The notes under the pieces are model-generated. The model ran no database searches, had not been told where the DNA came from, and worked only from the letters and a program-made list of their open reading frames with translations. Positions 1-7,060 of a stretch of DNA of 64,000 bases are shown piece by piece. Both the position numbers and the translations under genes were made by a program. Origin of the DNA: Bacteroidales bacterium (GTDB lineage: Bacteria > Bacteroidota > Bacteroidia > Bacteroidales > CAIWKO01); contig DAOORA010000008.1 in assembly GCA_035389045.1 (NCBI GenBank), positions 1 through 64,000 of the forward strand, in the 5' to 3' direction. Within the stretch, counting starts at the first letter, position 1; each line of letters opens with the position of its first letter.

Positions 1-88
1 GTTACAAGAATCTATTCGGATTTTATTTATCAGCACCTCAAAAAAAGAAATTGCCAAAATATTTGCAGAAAGGGAATTTTTGCAGTCC

Positions 89-1078
89 TTATTTTCTGGA
101 TAAGGGCAATAATTCTTTTATTTCAGCCCAGATGGATTGGTCCATTTTAGCACCTATCACTTCAATAACTTTGCCGGCCAGCAGCGAACCGATTTCGCCA
201 CACTTTTCCAGGGGCAGATCATTGGCAAGACCATAAATAAATCCAGCCGCATAGGCATCTCCGGCGCCTGTGGTATCTATGCACTTTGATTCTCTGGGCT
301 CAATACGATACAGGTTGTTACCCTGTTTCACGAGGGAACCTTTATGGCCGACTTTTACGACAGCAATCCCACAAATACCGGCAAGCACATCGAGGGCTTT
401 TTCAGGTTCAAGACCGGTAAAGGCTTTAGCTTCTTCTTCGTTGGCGAACACAATATCTACATAATCAGACATGACCTTTTTCAGAAAATCAAGATTTTGC
501 TCAACCACATTATAACTCGCCAGATCAAGGCAAATCTTACAAGGATGCTGATTGGCAAATTCCAGGATTTTTTCAACAAGTTTGTGATTTTGAACAAGAT
601 AACCTTCTATATATAAATAATCAAATTGCAGGAACATTTCGGTGGAAAGATCTTCATGAGAAAGTTCAACGGAGGCTCCCAGGTAGGTGGCGAAAGTACG
701 TTCAGAATCAGGACTGATAAGTGCGATGGCGCGTCCTGTATCAGATAATCCGGTGAGCAATAAAGGGTCTATTCCGTTATTACGCATATCATCGGAAAAA
801 AACTTTCCATAAACATCATCACCGGTTTTTCCGATAAAGGTTGTCGGCGTTCCGAGGTTGGCAAGTCCATGAATGGTATTTGCCGCTGAACCTCCAGAAG
901 ATATTTCTCTTTTGAATTGTTCTGATAATTTTAATATTTCAGATGACAGATCTGAGTCCACAAGCTGCATACTGCCTTTCTGAATCTCGAGCTGTGTAAG
1001 AAATTTATCCGAATCAAGGATAGTCATAATATCTACAAGTGCATTACCAATACCTAATACTTTTTTCATAAAATTCAT
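89..1078 (-). CDS. PfkB-family sugar/adenosine kinase
   Basis: GIGNALVD start, GGSAANT, FANEEEA and DTTGAGD PfkB signatures; true start may be MKKVLG at 1069. Confidence 0.9.
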   Translation of the reverse strand: MNFMKKVLGIGNALVDIMTILDSDKFLTQLEIQKGSMQLVDSDLSSEILKLSEQFKREISSGGSAANTIHGLANLGTPTTFIGKTGDDVYGKFFSDDMRNNGIDPLLLTGLSDTGRAIALISPDSERTFATYLGASVELSHEDLSTEMFLQFDYLYIEGYLVQNHKLVEKILEFANQHPCKICLDLASYNVVEQNLDFLKKVMSDYVDIVFANEEEAKAFTGLEPEKALDVLAGICGIAVVKVGHKGSLVKQGNNLYRIEPRESKCIDTTGAGDAYAAGFIYGLANDLPLEKCGEIGSLLAGKVIEVIGAKMDQSIWAEIKELLPLSRK

Positions 1079-1152
1079 TTTTCCGGATACAAAAGTAATA
1101 AAAAAAACCGGTTTCGTGACAGAGAAAATCCCTGCTTAACGATAGTCTTGAG

Positions 1153-1875
1153 CTAATAGCAGAACTGTTTTATGGTATCATAAGCCTCTTTCATACCTAA
1201 TTCTCCGGCTTTGCTCAGATCCAGGCAGCCAGCAGCTCTTTGTCCCGAAAATATTTTTGCCAATCCCCTGGAATAATAGGCTTTTGAACTATTTTTGTTA
1301 AATTCCAGAACCATAGTATAGTCTTCAATAGCGCTTGTATAGTCCCGTATTTTACTTCTTGAGTCGCCCCGGTAAAAATAAAAATCTACATTATTGGGAT
1401 TATTCTTAATAGCTTCACTGAAATCAGCAATTGCGCCATGGTAATCCTGGAGGAGATCTTTGGCAACCCCGCGGCGGAAATAAGCTTCCGAATACATATT
1501 TTTCACCTTGATCACTTCGGTAAAATCAGCTATTGCACCAATATAATCCTGTGTTTTGATTTTGGCATCCCCCCTTTTAAAATAAGCATTGGTAAACCCA
1601 GGCGATTTATCGATCACTTGTGTGTAATCGGCTATTGAACCCATATAATCCAAGAGTTCGTCCCGGGCTAATCCCCTGAAATAATATGCCCTTGCATAGT
1701 TTGGTTTGATCTCAATAGCTTTGGTAAAATCATTGATAGCCTCAGCATATTCTTTTTTCTTATACTTATCATTTCCGGTTTTACAAAAATCTTTGGCTGA
1801 TTGCCCCAAACTGCTAACAGACATAAAAATGAAGCCGGATAACAAAAAAGTTATAAAAACGGTTATTTTCTTCAT
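1153..1875 (-). CDS. Secreted TPR-repeat protein
   Basis: N-terminal signal peptide; about six 34-aa repeats of type AYxxRGxAKxxLxDYxGAIADFxxxI. Confidence 0.9.
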   Translation of the reverse strand: MKKITVFITFLLSGFIFMSVSSLGQSAKDFCKTGNDKYKKKEYAEAINDFTKAIEIKPNYARAYYFRGLARDELLDYMGSIADYTQVIDKSPGFTNAYFKRGDAKIKTQDYIGAIADFTEVIKVKNMYSEAYFRRGVAKDLLQDYHGAIADFSEAIKNNPNNVDFYFYRGDSRSKIRDYTSAIEDYTMVLEFNKNSSKAYYSRGLAKIFSGQRAAGCLDLSKAGELGMKEAYDTIKQFCY

Positions 1876-2276
1876 TTTTTCAGAAGGTTCCTAACCATTC
1901 TATGAGCCGGTAAAATGTTTACCGCATCATTAATGGTTTATTTTCATACAAAATAACAAAATAAAAACAATTAATGCAAGTATCAATGTAAAACCTTAAA
2001 AAGAAATAGCTGCATATTCTTTACAGCAAGCCATGTATTTTAACCTGAGCAATTTAAAAAGATCAAGATAATACTTCTCTGTGGCTTTCTTTGAAAAGCC
2101 CTGTGGTTTCTTACGTTCTTATTATAACACAGTTACACAGTTATACAGAGAAAAATTTGCATATGCAGCATCCAACTTGCTATATATTCTTTATACAGCC
2201 AGGCATAAAATGATTATTTTTACCAAAAAAAACAGAGCACTCAATGTTAATGGATATTTTTTATAAATAATTAAAT

Positions 2277-3890
2277 ATGAAAACTTTAGATTCTGTATTT
2301 CCTGATAAAAAGAATATTCCGGCTCCTTTTCTTCTGCCGTCACCTGTGGAACAGAAAGAATATCTTATCAATGGAGAAATCCGTCATTGGAAGGGAGAAG
2401 TTCAGCCCGTATATTCACCGGTATTCACCGGAGATGATCTGGCAAATCCTGTATATATAGGACATTATCCATTAATGGACAAGGCGGAATCATTAAAAGC
2501 CCTGGATGCAGCCGTAAAAGCCTATGATTGCGGCAGGGGTTTATGGCCGACCATGACGGTTGAAAAAAGAATTGACTGTGTAAAGAACTTTATTCTTCTC
2601 ATGAAAGAACAACGTGAAACCATTATACGGCTGCTGATGTGGGAGATCGGGAAAAGTCTTAAAGACTCGGAAAAAGAGTTTGACCGGACGGTGGATTACA
2701 TTAATGACACCATCGAATCATTGAAAAATTTAGACCGGGATTCCTCGCGGTTTGTAATTTCCCAGAATATTATCGGACAAATACGAAGGTCTCCCCTTGG
2801 TGTTGTTCTATGCATGGGCCCGTTTAATTATCCGCTGAATGAAACGTTCACCACGCTGATACCTGCCCTGATCATGGGCAATACTATAATTTTCAAACCG
2901 CCCAAACTGGGTGTGTTACTGCATAATCCTTTGCTTTCTGCTTTCAAAGAGGCTTTTCCTGCCGGTGTGGTCAATACAGTATATGGCGAAGGACAGGTTG
3001 TGATAGGCCCGCTGATGGAATCGGGAAAAATTGATGTTTTAGCTTTTATTGGCTCAAGCCGTGTGGCTGATATTTTGAAAAAGCAACACCCGAAACCGCA
3101 CCGCCTGAAAAGTGTTCTGGGTCTTGACGCCAAAAATCCGGGCATCGTATTGCATGATGCGGATATTAATGAAACGGTCAAAGAGTGTATTACAGGAGCC
3201 TTATCATTTAACGGTCAAAGGTGTACGGCATTAAAAATTATTTTTGTCCATGAGGACATTATTGAATCTTTTCTGGAAAAACTATCAGCTGAATTAGAAA
3301 ATCTTAAAACCGGTATGCCGTGGGATGAAGGGGTCCATATTACACCGCTGGCTGAACCGGGCAAAACAGAATACCTTACAGAACTTATCAACGACGCCTT
3401 GCAACATGGAGCCAAAATCGTAAATCCATCGGGAGGAATTTTCAACAGATCATGTTTTTTACCGGCCATATTATATAATATAAATGAAAATATGCGGGTT
3501 TACAGCGAAGAACAGTTCGGCCCTTTGATCCCGGTAATAAGCTACCATAATATCGAAGAACCTTTGAACTATATCATTAACTCAAATTATGGCCAACAGG
3601 CCAGCATCTTCGGAAATGATACCGGTCAGATAGCAAGTTTAATTGACACTCTGGTCAACCAGGTTTCGAGGATCAACCTGAACTCACAATGTCAGCGCGG
3701 CCCCGACACCTTTCCATTTACGGGAAGAAAAGATTCGGCTGAAGGCACCTTGTCGGTTTCTGATGCGTTAAGGGTTTTTTCGATCAGGACATTATTTGCA
3801 GCAAAAGACATCGATGCAAATAAAAGTATTATCAGGAAAATCATCAAAGATGATAAATCTAATTTTCTTACTACCGATTTTATTCTATAG
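2277..3890 (+). CDS. gapN: NADP-dependent glyceraldehyde-3-phosphate dehydrogenase (aldehyde dehydrogenase family)
   Basis: GPFNYP, FIGSS, catalytic FNGQRCTA and EEQFGP ALDH motifs; LGLDAKNPG variant. Confidence 0.8.
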   Translation: MKTLDSVFPDKKNIPAPFLLPSPVEQKEYLINGEIRHWKGEVQPVYSPVFTGDDLANPVYIGHYPLMDKAESLKALDAAVKAYDCGRGLWPTMTVEKRIDCVKNFILLMKEQRETIIRLLMWEIGKSLKDSEKEFDRTVDYINDTIESLKNLDRDSSRFVISQNIIGQIRRSPLGVVLCMGPFNYPLNETFTTLIPALIMGNTIIFKPPKLGVLLHNPLLSAFKEAFPAGVVNTVYGEGQVVIGPLMESGKIDVLAFIGSSRVADILKKQHPKPHRLKSVLGLDAKNPGIVLHDADINETVKECITGALSFNGQRCTALKIIFVHEDIIESFLEKLSAELENLKTGMPWDEGVHITPLAEPGKTEYLTELINDALQHGAKIVNPSGGIFNRSCFLPAILYNINENMRVYSEEQFGPLIPVISYHNIEEPLNYIINSNYGQQASIFGNDTGQIASLIDTLVNQVSRINLNSQCQRGPDTFPFTGRKDSAEGTLSVSDALRVFSIRTLFAAKDIDANKSIIRKIIKDDKSNFLTTDFIL

Positions 3891-4120
3891 AGGAAGCTTA
3901 TTATCCGGGAAAAATGTTGTGTATCCAAAAGCACACTGCACTTACTGATTATGGATTTTTTATCACTTTGAGTCGGTTTGCCGGCATGTTTTTCCAAAGT
4001 ATTTAAAACAAAAGAAGACGGTGTTGATATTCTGTTAATACATTTTTGGCCCAACATTTGTTTAAACGCTTCAAACAAATTAATTTCGCATCCCAAATTG
4101 AACATATCGAACATAATCAT

Positions 4121-4375
4121 ATGGATAAATTCGAGATTTTAGACAAGAAGTGGCTTAAAATCACTCAGTGTGAAAAAAAAACATGTTTCATGAAATTAGA
4201 GGATATCAATTTCCTGAGACTTAAATATGACTCAAAAAAGTATAAAGACAAATTACATATCATCACTATTTCTTGTCCCTCAGGCGAATTTGACCTTATT
4301 TATAACCCGGATGATAATAATTCATGCGGGAAGGATTTTGAAAAAATTAAAAGCATTTTAGGTATTCCAAACTAA
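4121..4375 (+). CDS. Small hypothetical protein (84 aa)
   Basis: ORF track 4046..4375; ATG at 4121 is the more plausible start; no family recognised. Confidence 0.5.
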   Translation: MDKFEILDKKWLKITQCEKKTCFMKLEDINFLRLKYDSKKYKDKLHIITISCPSGEFDLIYNPDDNNSCGKDFEKIKSILGIPN

Positions 4376-4534
4376 GAAACTGTTTTGATTTTATGTCACA
4401 TAAGATTTATGATGGATTTTTTAGCGAAACGAGGCAGATTTTGCTGACATAGTTTATCCGATGTCGAAAAATCTAACGAAGTTGCAGCAAAAAAGACGCA
4501 TAAAGATATGAAAGGATAAAATCAAAACAATTTC
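4376..4534. mobile_element. 159-bp MITE, copy 1
   Basis: TIRs GAAACTGTTTTGATTTTAT / ATAAAATCAAAACAATTTC flanked by TAA on both sides; second copy at 57344..57502. Confidence 0.9.
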
Positions 4535-4823
4535 TAAGTCCGCTGGTTGTTTTGACAACATTTTATTTTGTTGTTGCACAAAAAACCGGCTTTTCTATTT
4601 TTCAGATAACATTACCTGTCAACATTTACCTTTTGGTATAAAAGGGAACAAAAAAGAAACCCAACCGGTTTTGTCTCATTCAATAATGAACAAAATCCTG
4701 TAATTCTGATATCAATTTCACCTTTCAAGCTCTTCCAACACATTTACAATTGGAAAAATAAAATAGTCAAAAATCTTCTTACTATGCATTTTTTTTATAA
4801 ATTGCACACTCAAAAACAAGGTA

Positions 4824-5432
4824 ATGAAAAAAATCATTTTGGGTTTATTTATATGTTCCGGTATACTTGCGTTGAGCAGCTGTGAAAAGAAAACCGGCGG
4901 ATGCACTAACCAGGCGGCTCTGAATTATAATGCAGACGCCAATGAAAACGACGGTTCCTGTATCGAAATTGGTTCTGATTACCAGGGCGGCATCCTTGCG
5001 TATATTTTACAGCCGGGCGACCCCGGATACGATGCCAGTGTAAAACACGGATTAATAGCTGATACCTTATGTCATTTTTCGCTTATTGAATGGGGATGTG
5101 CGGGAACAGCAACAGGCGCTACCTCAACCGCAATTGGAGCCGGCAAGGCCAATACCATCGCTATTGTGAACGGATGTGCGGAATCCGGTGCCGCCTATGT
5201 GTGCGACACCCTGGTTTCGGGAGGTTACGACGACTGGTTCCTGCCCAGCCGCGACGAACTGGAAAAATTATATTTATCGAAAGACCTTTTAGGTGGCTTT
5301 GCCAGCGACCGCTACTGGAGCAGTTCCGAAAGCAATGCACACGAAGCCTGGTCGCACGACTTTGGCAACGACAGCATCAAGGAAAATCATAAATACCATC
5401 CGTATTATGTAAGGGCGGTAAGGTCGTTCTGA
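4824..5432 (+). CDS. Lipoprotein with Lcl/DUF1566-type C-terminal domain
   Basis: Lipobox LSSC; GCTNQAALNYNADANENDGSC motif; GYDDWFLPSRDEL, YWSSSE and terminal YVRAVRSF. Confidence 0.85.
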   Translation: MKKIILGLFICSGILALSSCEKKTGGCTNQAALNYNADANENDGSCIEIGSDYQGGILAYILQPGDPGYDASVKHGLIADTLCHFSLIEWGCAGTATGATSTAIGAGKANTIAIVNGCAESGAAYVCDTLVSGGYDDWFLPSRDELEKLYLSKDLLGGFASDRYWSSSESNAHEAWSHDFGNDSIKENHKYHPYYVRAVRSF

Positions 5433-5638
5433 TTACTTTCATATCAATAACTTTAAATCCTTTTGAAATCATATTTTTTATCATTTTTTCAGGTTCTTTA
5501 AATTCGGATTTTATTGAAAATAAAAAGTTTATTAACACCGATTCGGTTAAAAGGATATTGATCATTTTACTGATGAATATCGCAACGTGCAAATTTTAAA
5601 TAATAAGAAGAATACAAATAATATCCTAACTTTAAATA

Positions 5639-5807
5639 GAGTTTGTCCATAATGTCCGACTTCATCGTTATTCTTGTTTTGAAAACAGTCATTTGCAAAA
5701 GCAAACTCCTTGATTTGCAAAACTTCGAAAGCCCGCCTGAATGACGCAGTCGGGCAGGCCTCGAATTCGAACATTCTGGTTCAAACTCTGACTTTATGGA
5801 CAGACTT
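5639..5807. mobile_element. 169-bp MITE-like element
   Basis: Imperfect TIRs GAGTTTGTCCATAATGTC / GACTTTATGGACAGACTT; TAAATA direct repeat at 5633-5638 and 5808-5813; internal fold-back. Confidence 0.75.
5732..5758. repeat. 27-nt CCYGCCTG...GGCAGG hairpin nested in MITE
   Basis: CCCGCCTGA ATGACGCAG TCGGGCAGG; GC-rich, no partner in the other arm of the host element. Confidence 0.65.
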
Positions 5808-5811
5808 TAAA

Positions 5812-5820
5812 TAAGGAGGT
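5812..5820 (+). promoter_or_regulatory. Canonical Shine-Dalgarno TAAGGAGGT
   Basis: 5 nt upstream of the ATG at 5826. Confidence 0.7.
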
Positions 5821-5825
5821 TAATC

Positions 5826-6908
5826 ATGTGTACTTCAATTAAACTAAAAAATAAAACCGAAACAGTTTTGGCCCAGAACTTCGATTTTTATTACGGGCAT
5901 GGGCTTATCATTACAAATAAACGTAACATTGCAAAAGTAGCCATGTGCGATGACCTTACCGAAGAAAATATGTACTCGGACAGGAACAGCGGGGCAAAAT
6001 GGGTGTCAAAATACGGAAGCGTAACTTTTAATCAATTCGGACGGGAACTTCCGACCTGCGGCATCAATGAAGCAGGATTGTCTGTTGTTTCCATGTGGCA
6101 CGACACTGACCAAAAGATCAATATTGCCGGTGAAAAAAATCTGATTTCAGAATTGCAATGGATACAGATGCAATTAGATAAGTTTTCCTCAATCCAGGAA
6201 GTTAAAGAAGGCATGGAAAATTATTCATTTTCGGTATCCATACATCCAATGCATTATCATTTATCTGACAAAACCGGCGAATCTGCAATTTTTGAACTGG
6301 AAAACGGAAAACTGCAAATTTTTCAAAACAAGGATATAGTTGCCTGTGGTAATGCAGGAATTACGCAGTCTCTGGAGTATTCCCAAAAACACTGCATCCA
6401 AAAACCTGCTGATATAAAAATAGTTGATCCTATTCTGGACCGGGCATCAAAAGCCATCGCGCTGACAAAAGAATTCAACAGCACAGATTCTTCCGCTGAT
6501 ATCAGGTCACAAGCCTTCAAAATTCTTGATTTGGTAAGTTTACAGCTTGGATTTAAAACGCTTTTCCGGTGGATCGGCAAAGGAATCCCTCCTTCCCAGA
6601 CATTTCTGCAGATAGTATTTGATATCTCAGGGATGAAGTTGTTTTTCAGATCAACAAAAAAGAAATATTCTCAGATCAAATCAATAGACATCTGTGATAT
6701 TGATTTTTCACCATTGAAACCAGTTATGGTATATGATATTGAGCAATCCGAAACGGGGAATATCACTGATCGTATGACTACCTATTCCCGTGAGATAAAT
6801 CAGAGAATCGTTGAAAAGAGTTTTAAACCTGTCCGTAAGATTTTTCCACCGGAAGAACAGAAAGAACTTACCCGGTACCCTGAACTATTAAGCATTGTTG
6901 AAGATTAA
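5826..6908 (+). CDS. C59-family Ntn hydrolase (choloylglycine hydrolase / penicillin V acylase-like)
   Basis: Met-Cys-Thr N-terminus (nucleophile Cys2), AQNFDF, WVSKYGSVTFNQFGRE, GINEAGL, HYHLSDKTG. Confidence 0.85.
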   Translation: MCTSIKLKNKTETVLAQNFDFYYGHGLIITNKRNIAKVAMCDDLTEENMYSDRNSGAKWVSKYGSVTFNQFGRELPTCGINEAGLSVVSMWHDTDQKINIAGEKNLISELQWIQMQLDKFSSIQEVKEGMENYSFSVSIHPMHYHLSDKTGESAIFELENGKLQIFQNKDIVACGNAGITQSLEYSQKHCIQKPADIKIVDPILDRASKAIALTKEFNSTDSSADIRSQAFKILDLVSLQLGFKTLFRWIGKGIPPSQTFLQIVFDISGMKLFFRSTKKKYSQIKSIDICDIDFSPLKPVMVYDIEQSETGNITDRMTTYSREINQRIVEKSFKPVRKIFPPEEQKELTRYPELLSIVED

Positions 6909-7060
6909 CATTTGTTGTACGGCGATTTTTGCAAAACACAACAAAGCAAACATCTCCAGAAACATATAACAGGTTTTTTACACGATTGCCTTATATTCAT
7001 ATGCCGGTTTGCAATCATCTCGATTTTATTTGTCTGCATTATCAGCCAGGAAGATCAGAA

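Noticed and set aside
5562..5774. 70-aa minus-strand ORF
   Set aside because: It runs through the 169-bp MITE and has no protein-like features
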